From Anthoceros angustus (taxonomy: Eukaryota; Plantae; Anthocerotophyta): DNA of 64,000 bases. Positions within the stretch are counted from its first letter, which is position 1. Each line of letters opens with the position of its first letter. Location: the NCBI GenBank assembly GCA_010909165.1, contig MU008196.1, forward strand, positions 124,001 to 188,000, in the 5' to 3' direction. The notes below the pieces were generated by a model. It was not told the DNA's origin and searched no databases. It saw nothing but the letters and a program-made list of their open reading frames with translations. Made by a program: the position numbers and the translations under genes. Below, in pieces: positions 23,746 through 36,130 of the stretch.

Positions 23746-24761
23746 CTTGGAATCTCCTGGGCCTAGGAGAATTTCGTTCTGCCCTGGAAACCTCAAAACC
23801 CTTTTTCCATAATATGAAATTTAATAATAATATTATTACTATATTAATCAAAAAATATTTTATCTATAGGTTTTATATATGGTGGTACGCCCGAACAATA
23901 GGTATATTGTGGAGAATTGGACTCGCACATTATGTCATAGGATGTACCTGCCTCATGTGCCAAGCCCGTGACCACTGACACCTGGTGACCACCTTGAAGT
24001 GAAAATGCCGCGCCACATGGCTGCATATGTACCGAACTACCGAACGGGAGAACGGGAACGGCGGGGCCGGGGGATGTGGGCCTAGGGCCCCATCTCGCCC
24101 ATGTCATGTCCATGCCATAAGTCACACTACTTATCTTTCTCTCACTGCCAATATTAATGCATAGTACAGGTAGGGTCTACCGGCAAGAGTTCCAGAGTGC
24201 TTAGGCAGTCAGCAGTTTAGGGGTGCGAAAATTGCGAAGGGCAGGAACCAAACGTGTGAGGCGCTGATGGCTTTGGGCTCTCCGCTTCGCTGTTGGAGGT
24301 TGTAGACGTGATAAGGCAAATCGGTCGCCCCACCCGGCCTCTGCCTCTGCCTCTGCCTTGCAAATCCACGCCGTGGGGGGCCGGTGACGATAAACTCGCT
24401 TGCCTCCGACCCTCAAGCAAGTGAAAGTAGCGGGAAGTTGGGGTTCGCGGGGTGAAACTAGGATTGCACGGCGCATTGCCGGTAGCCGGTGAGTTTGCCA
24501 TAGCTTGGCGGAGGTGGGGCCCTCCAACCTGGCCTGATTTCAAAGCCTCGCCTCTCGCCGTACCGAACCGAACAGGAGACCGTGGACTACGTACGGACCA
24601 CTGACGGCATTAGGGCTATTTTATTACAGGAATGGACAGTCAGACAGTCGGGGACCTCCACCAGCTCCTCCGTTCCGTTGCCACTTGGGCCATGTTCTTG
24701 CCTGCTGCTCCCGAAGCTCAAGGTCCTGGCAGCAGCAGGCAGAGGCGGCAGTAGAGCAGAA

Positions 24762-27700
24762 ATGCAAGCGGGGGTCTCGGCCCGTGGTGGACGAACGAGA
24801 CCCACTCCTTCTTCGTCTCCAACTCCCCCTCCGAGGACCTCCTGGCAGCAGTATGCCAAGCTTGCTCCGGTGCCTGTTAACAAGGGCCCCCAGGTTAGGA
24901 GCAAGGGCAAGGGCAGCGGCAGCGGCAAGCAGCTGCCTCGCCTGGACATCTTGGGCAAAAACGGTTGTAAGTTTGCTCGCGCTCCACCTCCTGCTGCTGC
25001 GACAACTGCTGCTCGGCTCTGTTGCTCTCCGATGGTTCCAGGAAGTGGGTGACCTTTCCTTGCCTTGCACAGTGCTCCTCGAAGCCTACAGCGGGGGCTC
25101 CTGGTGGGACGCTGAAGTCATTCGAAAAGTGGGCAGGGTTTATCGCATCCATTACGTCAATTTCACAGACTCGGACGACGAGCAAGTCCCTGCCAGTAGT
25201 CTTCGATTGCGTTCTCGCAAGGCGACTGTGGATGATTGTGTTGATGGAACGCTAAATTCTGGAGTGGATATCACGGTCTTTGCTGCTCATCCGCACGCCC
25301 AGGAGATGAAGGGGTGTGCGACCATGTCGTCGGTAAGCCTTTCTGCCTCAATGCCTTTCGTTGCCCTGGTAGCAATGGAGACTTGTCATCGAGTTGCTGG
25401 CACTGCTACTGCAGGCGTGGTTCGACGCCAGAGTCATCAAAGTGTTGCGTAGGCCCCACCAGCGGGTTTGCAACTGCAAGTTTGTGGTGGAATTCTATGA
25501 GGTTAAGGATGAGCGCGGGGACCTGAAGAACAGGCGGCTGTTGAGAGGCTCCAAGACGATTGGCATCGGCAAGATATGTGTCCTGCAGAAGCAATCGCGA
25601 GGCTCTCTCGACCAACTTCTGGATGAGCTGCTCCCGCCCACAACAGTGGGCCTTCACGTTTCCGAGGGGACCGCAAAACCTCAGGACCAGCTCACCACTT
25701 TCAAGCGACTGATAAGAAAATACTTCTCTGCCGAGGCTTTCTACTCTGACTCATGCGTGGAACTGTCTGTAAGCACCAGCTCCCAGTCCAGAACGGATAA
25801 TGACTCTCATCTCGCTGCCCAGTCCTGGGACGATGACGAATGTCCAGATGCAGGTGTATCACGTCTCAACCTGGAGTTGCCCAGATCCGCCTATCAAGGC
25901 TTTGCCCGCCCCAATCATGCCTGGCAGAAGGATTCCTGCCTTCAGGATGACCTCTATTCCTCTAGCTCTGACAGTTTCAGGTGCTGGAGCCCCGCAAGTA
26001 CCCAAAAGTATGATGCCCGTACGAGCCTAGCATCTGGTGGATACAGGAATGATACAATGTCTGCCAGGAATCCAGAAGCAGCCAGACCAGGGCCAACTCA
26101 GCGTTCAAGCTATCAGAGCCAGAAGATCTGCTTCAGCGGTCCCAAGGTACAGCACAAGCATGCCGTGTCCAGACCTGCTCTAGTGCGCCGCTTTAGTCCC
26201 CGGCTGAACAGGCTTGGCGATCTCGCATCGTCTCAAACTCACGCATCTCCTGGAAGGAAGTCCTCAGTCGGATGTGATGGTTTCCAAAATTCTCGGGAGA
26301 GGGTGCTCTCGTCAACAAGTTCCATGTCGGATTCCGTCAAGAAACGGTTTTCTCCATCATCGTCTGCAGATGTTGCTCACCGTGATCCAGCTGCCCGGGA
26401 AGAAAGTCGTCAGTGCTCGACGAGCGGTGACACTTCTCGATGGATCAAGAGGCCTTCTGGACTCCAGGAGCAGGCTGTACTCATTGAGAGTCTACCAGAC
26501 AGGAGATGTGGGGGTGGGGGAATTCCACTGTGTGGTTACCAGCAACGAGACGATCTCTCGGAGCCAGGTTGGAGGAAAGAATCTCAATTCAAGCTAAGAG
26601 GCATATCCAAGAGAGATCCACTGCCACACATGGGAGCACTTGAAGCTGAGAAGCCCCGTGGGTGTCACGATGTCAAGGGAGGATCTCATGCAATCAGGAT
26701 TGTTGATGTGAGTGATCCTCTTTCAGGGACTGTATCTCACAAGGATAGGATTGCTGAGGGCTCGGTAAAGCCTGTCTATGTTGGTGGTACGAAAGGCTGC
26801 GAGAGAGTAACACCGAGTTTAGATGTGTTTGAAGGCATTAGGCCTATGTGGAAGAACAATAAGCGAACAGATGAAGGGAAGTGCTTCTCAGGTTCTGAAG
26901 ACCAGAAATCCAAGCGCATTAAGTTAAGCCCAACAGGACTGGAGGCGAATTCTGAGGGCAAACTTCACAAACCAGTAGAGGAGAGCGGTGCAGTCGAAGT
27001 TGATGAAAGGGTGGAATTCTCACCGGCGGTGGCTCCCATGGGAGATTTGAAGCCTTCCTGCCCTGTGAGACCTGAGGTTGAGGAGGATTATCATGCCAAA
27101 CTGTGGCAGGATTATGAAGACATGTTACTAGAGGAAGCTTTCTCGCGATCTGTTGTGAGTTATCATGCCCACCACACCAGGGTTTGTATGAAGAGAGGTT
27201 TATCGAATCAATTGTTCGTAGACTGAGCTGCCTGGTGTTTTGTGCAGGCTGAGAAGCCTCTGGCTACCGTTGCAGAGACTGATACTGCTGGCAAACGATG
27301 TTCCAAGAATGAGCATAACTTCTTCTTGGATGAATCTGTAGGATTAGTCTGCTCCAAGTGTGCCATAGTTGGTATGGAGATTGCAGACATGGTACCTGAA
27401 ATTGTAAGGCTCAACGTGGTCGTCTAGGTTTGTGTTTGGGCCTACTTAGAGGTTCGACAACTTTTCAAGAACTGACGTGTACTTGTGTGAACCTGGATGC
27501 CTGGGCAGGATTCTTGGGCGTCCTGTCGATCCAATATGAAGCAAGAGAAACACGAAGATGAGGATTTTAAAGTGGCTTTCGCTTCCTTGGAATTCAACTC
27601 TGGCAAGCCATTAGGGACCAAACAAGGGCCGGATAAGCTTAACTGCAGGTTGGATTCGATTCCAGAATTAGCCAAGTTTTTACACCAGCATCAAAGGGAG

Positions 27701-29665
27701 GGATTCTACTTCTTGTGGAAAAATATTGGTGGCGCCGGTGGCAGCTCTTCCTCCTCGAAGCTAAAGGAGCCAGGAGGATGCATTTTAGCGCATGCACCAG
27801 GCACGGGGAAATCTTTTCTTGTTATTAGTTTCCTTAAGAGCTATCTGCTGGTGAATCCCCATCGCAGAACTCTGATCATTGCGCCCAAAAGCATGCTGCG
27901 TCCTTGGGAGAGAGAATTCCGCAAATGGAAAGTGGATATCTCTGTTTTCATCCTGAACACTGCTGGGAAGTCCTGCGGGAGTGATGGACAGGACGTGGTG
28001 CAGCTGAAGGGTGGCTGTCAGTTACCGGCCTCAAAGGTTGTGAACTTCAACAGGTTAGCAATGCTACAACAGTGGCGCGGAAAAAAGAGCATACTCATGA
28101 CTACCTACTCCATGTTCGCTAAGTTGATTGACAATTCTGAGAACAAGTTCGACAGAGAAGAAAAATCTATCAGAAATGCTCTGCTAGAGATCCCGGATTT
28201 ACTGATTTTGGATGAAGGCCACCTTGCCAGGAATGAGACGACTAAAGTTAGGAAAGCATTGATGAGCATCAAGACCAAGCTACGGATTCTGCTTTCGGGA
28301 ACTCTGTTTCAGAATAATTTCTCGGAGCTCTTCAACACACTGTATCTGGTTAGGCCAAGATTTGCGGAAGACATTCCTGACTGTAGTAACCTGGATGTGT
28401 CCCTATGGCGACACCCAGCTGCTCCTGAGGATGGGACTGAGGAGGAGATGGAGCAGCAAAGTGGCAGGAAAGGTAGATGTGAGGGGGCCGCGGATGTGGA
28501 AAGCAAGGCTAGGCGGCTTTTCACTGAGAAGTTTGGAAGGCCATTTGAGATTGGGGAGGATGAGGGGCCCAGTGGTGTTCAAATTGGTTTGAAGAAGCTG
28601 ACCAAGCTGACAAAGGCATTTGTGCACTACCATGCCGGGAGGAAAGTTCTGTCCAGCCTTCCGGAACTTAGAGAATTTGCTGTTGTGCTGATGCCCAACA
28701 AGAAGCAGCAGGAGTTGCTGGAGAAGGTGCCCAGCAACTTGAGCGCCCTCCAGGCGGATACTACTGTGACCAGCATCTGTATACACCCTGTCCTACACGC
28801 AGCAGCAGAGCCAGAAAGCGTGACCTTCCCTAAGGCAGAGCCAGGAGACGGCGTGAAGACATTGTTCGTGGTGAATCTGGTGAGGTTGTGCCAGCTTAGG
28901 AGAGAACGGGTGCTGATCTTCTGCCAGAAGACCAAGCCGCTCAGGCTACTCCAGCACATGCTTGCAGCAAGGTTTAACTGGCTGATGGGCAGGGAAATCG
29001 TGCAAGTTGACGGGTCCATGAACTTGGACGAGCGCCAGCATAACATAGACGAGCTTAACAGGGCCAGCAGCAGCGTCCAGGTGATGCTGGCGTCCACCAA
29101 AGCTTGCGGGGAAGGCGTGAGCCTGATTGGAGCTTCGCGGCTCATCTTTCTGGATATCGAGTGGAACCCGGCCGTGTACCGACAAGCTATCAGCCGAGCC
29201 TTTCGCCTCGGCCAGAAGAAGCAGGTCTATGTGTACCGTCTTATTGGTTCGCACACTCTGGAGGAGCGCAGGTACGACAGGGCTGTGTGGAAAGATTGGG
29301 TAGCCAGGCGCATCGTTGATGCTACCGGGAGTGGCCACACGGAGGGCGAGGCAGAACATCATTTGCCTTGCACCAGTCAATGTGAGGATCCCGTATTGGA
29401 GAAGCTCATCAGCAGCAGCAACAAAGAGCAGCCGTGGATTAGCCGGGTGCTCAAGCAGAGAAGCGCATTTGCCATGACCAAAAACGAGGAGCTGCAAGAT
29501 GCGGACCGGGAGCACCGGAGTGATGTTGTTGTGTACGAGGTGCAGCTGCAGCAGTTACTGCTTCAAGATCCTGAGCCTGAGCCGGCTGTGGATGCGCCCT
29601 TGCCTCTTCCCATCAAGCCAGGAGCGGGCCACTCTGAAGAGTGGGATGTCTTTCTTAGTGATTGA
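24762..29665 (+). CDS. CLSY: CLASSY (CLSY1/2-like) SNF2-family chromatin remodeller with N-terminal SAWADEE domain. Predicted exons 24762-24966, 25073-25332, 25415-27154, 27248-27403, 27509-29665 (~1505 aa)
   Basis: SAWADEE-like region LEAYSGGSWWDAEV..LRLRSRKATVDDC..GVDITV..WFDARVIKV.RRPH...C.C.F.V. Then C..EH.F.LDE..GLVC..C, HAPGTGKS, LILDEGH.ARN, LSGTLFQNN and STKACGEGVSLIGASR..EWNP...QAISRAFRLGQKK. All four GT-AG introns keep the frame. The start codon is inferred. Confidence 0.92.
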
Positions 29666-29885
29666 CTGACTGTTCAATTTTTTATGCTGTTACAAATATA
29701 AATGCAAATACATATACAAAGTCTGAGAATCGCAGCTTGATATCACTGCAGCTTGGTCAAGGAGGTTCCACTCGACGCCAACCCGCAATCTTCATTATCC
29801 TGTCTGGATTGCCCAGTCCCGAGAAAAACTTCGGTGCACCCAGAGTTGTCTGGAGCTGAAAAACACTTGGCATTCCTCTAATCCC

Positions 29886-32800
29886 ATGGCGGGCACGGCC
29901 GTGTTCCGGCACCTCTGTGCTTCGGGGGCCCGCAGCGGCAGCAGGCTCTGCAATCGCTCCTTCCCACTCTGCCCTCGGGTTGCGGCTTTCCTTCTATTGC
30001 CGGATGGCGTGCACATTCGTAGTGCGGGGTCTGACTCCCACTCTGAGCTTGAACCCAGCTCAGCTGCTTTGGCCTTCAACACGCCAAATGGTATTGCCGA
30101 CGCAGATACCTCGGGCTCTGCTGTCTACGCAGGGCTTCACGCTCCCGTGGATTTAGCCGTTGTGATTCTGGATGGGGTTCACTCTTTCACTGGCCTGCCT
30201 TGGTACGTTTCTCCGCCTTTACACTCTTGCCAGAGCCATCAGTCATCATCTTCCTTCTCAACTGCGCTCTTCCACTGTCTTAGGTGGTTGACAATTGTCA
30301 GCTCAACTCTCGCCCTGCGTGCTCTGCTCTTCCCACTCGCTGTAACCCAGCTCAGGAAAGCGTCACAGTTGATGGAGCTTCGGGCAAAGTGTAAACAGCG
30401 GTGACCTCGCAGCGTTTTCTGATCCAATTACTGCTATTTGTTTTCGCTCATCTAGCCTTGTCGTAGTGCAGTTCCTCTTTCCAAACCTACAGGCATGAGT
30501 TTTGCCCAGCAGTATCAACTCTTCACGCAAAGACGCCAACAGCTTGGTGCGCCTAGTCCTGCTTGGCTCATTGTGGTCCCCCTTGTGCAGGTTCAATGCT
30601 TTCTCGCACTGACTGCCTAACTAAGAGTGTAATTCTTGGTAGCTGTCCTCTCGTGCTATGTAGCTGCTGTCACATTTCTGAGGCTAGGCGCATGATTCCA
30701 AGCAGGTACCCGTATTCATATCATGGATTTTGGCAGTCCGACGGATGGCCCTGGCCCCTCATCCAGGGTTTGACGTGGTTAGGAACTCTCTCCTGTAAGA
30801 TCGATGCCAAGAAAAGCTTGGACCGTTTCCATGCTAGATATGCAAGCATGCCTCATTGACCACCAAGCACGCCGGATGATTGATCAGGGTGGTGCGCTTT
30901 GGTTTCTGGATCTTTCTGTGCCGGGTCAAGGTGTTGTTGGGGCTCTTTTCCCTCTCATGGTGGCCTGGACGTACTTCATCAATCTGCAGGTGAGCCAGAC
31001 TGCTTGCACTTCTATGCGTCCGCACCTTTCTTCTGCCGGTTTATGACGGAAAGCACAGTGGTGCTTGGTTTCTTGTTTGGGTGTGCTGGGCTCTAGAAAT
31101 GTAGGTGTCATTGAGAGGCGTTGAAGAACAGACAGGAGGAATGGCGACCATCATGAAGGTATCTTCTGAATTCTTTTCAGCGTCTTGCTGAAAGTTTCCG
31201 TTTCTTTGGCCCCTTGAAGATAACAATAATCAGCTGTCAGGCTGTCTTACGTATTCTGTGTCTACCTCCATTGCCTTCTAAGAGCTGAGTGTGGATGGCT
31301 CCAGTTCTACAAGTGGGGGCTGGAGGCTGCCACAATCCCAACAATGCTCATTGCTTTTTACCTCCCGCAGGTCAAGAATAAGTGTGCATACTCTTGCGTT
31401 ACCCATTTAAATGGTTCGTTTTCACGGAGTCTAATTTTACTGATATTGACAAGCTTTTGTGGCTCTGTAGGGAGTATTCATGTACTGGCTGCCCAACAAC
31501 ATTTGCAGTCTAGTCCAGGTAGTTTTTTGGTTTTAAATGTTGCCGTCTTTCTATGCTTGTTTTGCAGATTTTGTGATGTCCGGTCATTAATTGTATGGGC
31601 CGAGGAAATGTGGTATCTTTATATAGATATGTTAATACCCATCAATTTCATGGGCACATAAGTTTATGTCAGCACTGCTAAACCTTATGTCAACACTGGT
31701 AAAGCTTATGTCAGGACTGGTCTACTGTAGGCTATGGCCTTGCAGCAGCCAATTGTTCGCAAAAAGCTTGGCTTGCCACAGCGTCCAGATGGAAGATTGC
31801 TTAGTGACGGGAAGGCAGGCCCGGCAGGGGTAGCTTCAGATGAGATGATTTTGGTATTTTTACGGTATTTGCTTTAAGACAAGTGTATGAGTTCAGATCT
31901 CGTTCAGTTGAGTGTTGCCATGGACACGTTCTATGAGATCCATGCAAACTAATATTTACTTCAGAGTGCTGCAAACCATGTAGCGCAAGGCAAACGGGAA
32001 GAAGGACTACAGCTTCTCTAGTAAGGTTTCCTGTGTATGCCATCAGAGTTGGAGAAATGATTCTGCAGCAATGTTGGTTTGTAATGAAGGAATCAATGTA
32101 CTGTGATATGAGGCGTGCACTGTGATATAAGGCTTTGATGTTCAGTGACGTGAGGCTTGCCTCTACTGTGCGCACCACTGAAGGCTATAAATTGGTTTTG
32201 AGCAGTCAGGCAGTTGAGAAGTATCCAGATCGTCCAGAGGCTTTCAGTGCACTTGGCAGGCTGCAGTTGGAGAAGCAGCAATGGGCAGAGGCTGTTAGCT
32301 CTTACAAATGTGTGATATCAAAGGTGAGACTGAAGTTTTGTCAATTTTGGGATGTGTTTGGTCCAGGGATCGGCAGCCTCATCGTTATATCTGGAGGAGT
32401 TGGTGTCCACTGACGCAGGTATCTGTGTTTCAGACTAAAGACAATCAGCTATTAATCTCTGCATATTTTGGTATTGGGCTTGCCTTGCACCATCAGGTAG
32501 AGCTAGCACCTCTCTACTTATGTGGCGCATTAGCATCTGTGGCTGGGACTCAGCATTATGACGATGTGCTACTTCTGGTTCACTTGGTTTGAGGTGGGCA
32601 TGAATTTGGTGATCTTCTACTGGGCAGGGAAAAATAGACGAGGCCATTGAAGCTCTGAGAGCAGTGGAGAAGTTTGAAGTGCCCAAGGACGAACGCACGC
32701 GTCGGCAATACTTGAAGGCATTGGTGGCATTGGGCAGGCGAGCTCTCCCCTAAGTTCTCACTTCTAACCCAATTTTCGCTTGTGTGGAAGTTTTGTGCAT

Positions 32801-33016
32801 ACATAATTAGATTGTGGACTTCTCCGCAATAAACTGAATCTGGGGTCAAGGTAACTTCTCCATCTTCCGCATTGATCACAATATGGTAGTTTCCATTGCA
32901 GTGTTTTAAGCCAGCATGGTGCGAAAGCGGAGGCTTTGCAATTGCTGCGACGAGCCGCAGAATATGATGCAAACGTTGAAGTTTACATAGAGGAGTTAAA
33001 TCGAGGAACAGAGTGA
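29886..33016 (+). CDS. OXA2/ALB3-like YidC/Oxa1 membrane insertase with C-terminal TPRs (about 14 short exons, N-terminal organellar targeting peptide)
   Basis: Exon peptides: LDGVHSFTGLPW | WLTIVSSTLALRALLFPL | RRQQLGAPSPAW..LVQ | VPVFISWILAVRRMA | GGALWFLDLS..LFPL | GVFMYWLPNN | EKYPDRPEAFSALGRLQL | AYFGIGLAL | GKIDEAIEAL | EALQLLRRAAEYD..RGTE*. Confidence 0.88.
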
Positions 33017-33689
33017 AGTTTTTAAACGGTAGAGACTTTTCGGGGAAAGGTCGCACGAAGAGTTGGTGCAGCTCTCTGAGAACGTTGTTTTGGGGAATTC
33101 AGAGTGACTGAAATCATACGCGAGACCACAGAAATGCTGGAGCAATAGTGAAGGGGCCTTGAGTTCTGTCTTAAAACAGAACTGGAACAATGTTCAGTGT
33201 TGACTAGCTTGAATCCTAAACCCTATTCCTGGCGACCGGAAATGGTACAACGAGTTCTGAAGCTCGTGAGAGAGTTTGCCTTGAATTAAATACATTTATG
33301 ATATCTTGTCCAGGCTGGTGTGGCAGGATGGCAAGGAACTCGGCCCCTGTGGGATATGTACATATATACCGTGTGATGTCACTGCCTCATGGAAGCATGT
33401 GTGCTTCATCACCCACAGCCCCGCACTTCACAACTTTCTTCAAATATGTACCAACCATTTAGCCAGATATCGGGGTTTACTTCACCAACGAACCATTTTG
33501 TTTGGATTGGGCCATTTTCGGTCGGGCCCTTTTTGTTTGGATAGGTCCATCTTCGGTCGGGTCCTTATTTCTGCTCTGTCCCTTTTGACGGGGACAGTCT
33601 ATGACCATCTCCGGGGTTATTTTACCCCCCGAGGATCCCTCTAGCGGGTTCTTGGAGTTGTTTCTTTTGGCAGCTGCGGTGGCAAGGGG

Positions 33690-34172
33690 GACCCTTCCGG
33701 ATTGCTCAAGTTTGGGGCCAGTCGCTTGTTGGCTATGGAGAAGCCCATCCCCATAACAGTGGGGGAGGCGTTTTTGGGCTTAGTTAGTCGCATTATTGCT
33801 GTCCAACTTCGGGAGCAATTCTAAGGTCACCTCAGCCCACACCAGTTCAGCATAACCACTTAGAGTGGAGGTGATATTGGAATCCCATCCCAATTGGGTC
33901 CTATTGCAGGTGGATGTCGAAAATGCTTTAAACACAGTCTCCAGGGTGGCCATTTTCAACGAGCTTAAGGATGCAGGTGGGCAACTTACCAACCTAATCC
34001 TTTTTGCTCGCTCCTTTTACGAATCTCCTTCCAATCTCTACTATCAGCATGGGCCCGCAGTCGAGGAGGTTTCAGTGTTGGCCTTAGCAGACGGCACCAG
34101 GCACGGGGATCCGTTGGAGGGCGCCCTTTGGCCATGGCTCATTTTCGGGCTTTGTCCATAACTGCCTCCTCG
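33690..34172 (+). mobile_element. Fragment of a non-LTR retrotransposon RT, CRE-like
   Basis: PITVGE..L..HQF, then VLLQVDVENALNTVSR..FARSFY..GTRHGDPLEGALW (consensus D..NAFN.VSR..G.RQGDPLG). Confidence 0.7.
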
Positions 34173-34400
34173 CCCTACTAGAAAGGGCGTCCTATGTTTC
34201 AGTCGTTGTTGCAATTTTATGTTACACTTCCAATTTGCAACATCCTTTGAAGGCTTGGTATTAAGTTTGTCATTTCTTTCCCCAAGTTGTGCCACAATCT
34301 TAACACGAACCTGGCTCTCTCTCCTACCACCTCACCCTCTTGACTTCATCCTCTCTCTCATACGTATTGTTTATGAGTTCCCACATGCAATTGCAACATG
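34173..34400 (+). mobile_element. Putative CACTA-like terminus beginning CCCTA, with TGTTGCA/TGTTACA subterminal repeats
   Basis: CCCTACTAGAAAGGGC truncates the RT fragment. The same start and repeat motifs recur at 62854. Confidence 0.45.
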
Positions 34401-34849
34401 ACTATATCAAGGAGCCCTCTCTCTCTTCTCTATCATTCCCCCTCTTTATTACACCCCCTTGGGAGCACAATTTTTTAGGTTCCACTTAGCGCTCTTCATT
34501 GCACCCTCTCTTCACAACTACTTGTTAATGGTGCCCACACAAGAACATCACAGTAACATGGCCCAGCACCTCTCACCTTTCCCTTCCACCTCACAACTTC
34601 ATTATTCCTTTATCAATATTTTTGGTTGACCATAGCTATTATTGGTTTGAATACTAATTGTTTTTGGCCTTTTGACATACATACAGGTAGAAGATAAATA
34701 CAGGTTATCTATGTACGTATAGATACCTAAATATAGATATATTTTTGTAAATATAGGATGTATAACGACGTATTTGTACATCATCAACAGATTGTTTTAT
34801 TCATTTTTATACATATATATATTTACAATACAAAAAAATAAATTAAGTT

Positions 34850-35500
34850 TATTTCCCTTCCACATAGACGTCCATGCTGCACATTCCGGCGTGCGGTGCA
34901 TATTCATGTACAAGTCCTCCGTTTGCACTTCCCGTTGCAGTTGCAAAATCGTGTTACCCCACCGACTTTGAACATGCGACCATTGGGTCATCTACTTCGG
35001 CCTCCTCCACGACACCAACACGGAATACATAAATATTTGGGTTTTTTGAGTTTAAAGACATCAACGAATTCGTCGTGATAGGCACCACGTTCCATTCACG
35101 CTTCTCCTTCGGTCAGGTTGTGACATGATCTTCTCTATCACTGCTGCTGATATGCATGTTGTTCGACATGATCATCTTTGCCCCTGCCGCCCAAATGCTA
35201 TGTGCAGGATTCTTAACACACTGCTCGAGGTATTCCTAGTGACGAATTCATTGACCTACACAATGCAACTGTTTGCCATGCACATGTACTTAGAGCAGTT
35301 TCCTTGATCTGCTATAAAAACTGCCATGTTCCCCTACTTCTTCCGAATTTGCCCAATTTGCCCATGACATTGTACTGCAGCTCTGTGCCAACGCTCACCC
35401 ATTTGAACATGAAACTTCCTTTCCTTTGACTGGTTCCTTGGCTTGCTGCTTGTCTCCTGGTCCCGAGCTGCAGCCGTTCATTTGCGCCCGCCACATAATT
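34850..35500 (-). pseudogene. Highly degraded gene fragment with TDBD-like and PHD-like motifs
   Basis: Across frames: WVSVGTELQYNVMGK..VNEFVTRN..KNPAHSIW, then YVFR.GVVEEAEVDDPMVACSK..H..EDLY. Confidence 0.25.
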
Positions 35501-35590
35501 GTTAATCGATGACCTTCGACGAATCTGTGCACAGCTCCTCCCACGACTACTCCCACGATGGCTACTCCCAAGGCTGCACAGCTAACGATC

Positions 35591-36130
35591 ATACTTGAAA
35601 CAACACCTATGGCCTGGCCATCAACAGTTCTCGTATGTGTCACAAAACAGGAATGTCATAATTGTCTCTTAAACCCTCAATGAATGTGGCAAACCACAAG
35701 CCTCTCCTCTTTCTGGTATAGGTCATGTCAGAGCTCTAGCGCTAGCAACATATACAATGTGTTTAGCTCTTTAGGTTCACCACTTCGCTCTTTACCTTGG
35801 ATAGGCTGTCCCATTTACCTTGGATAGGTTGCCCCATATGAAACCTATACATGGCAAATACTTGAAACAACACCTATGGCCTGGCCATCAACAGTTCTCG
35901 TATGTGTCACAAAACAGGAATGTCATAATTGTCTCTTAAACCCTCAATGAATGTGGCAAACCACAAGCCTCTCCTCTTTCTGGTATAGGTCATGTCAGAG
36001 CTCTAGCGCTAGCAACATATACAATGTGTTTAGCTCTTTAGGTTCACCACTTCGCTCTTTACCTTGGATAGGCTGTCCCATTTACCTTGGATAGGTTGCC
36101 CCATATGAAACCTATACATGGCAAATACTT
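35591..36130. repeat. Apparently exact 267-bp tandem duplication
   Basis: atacttgaaacaacacc.. starts at 35591 and at 35858. The junction microhomology is ATACTT. Confidence 0.95.

Noticed and set aside
28309-29515. Antisense ORFs over the CLSY ATPase exon
   Set aside because: They are shadow frames of a strongly conserved sense gene.
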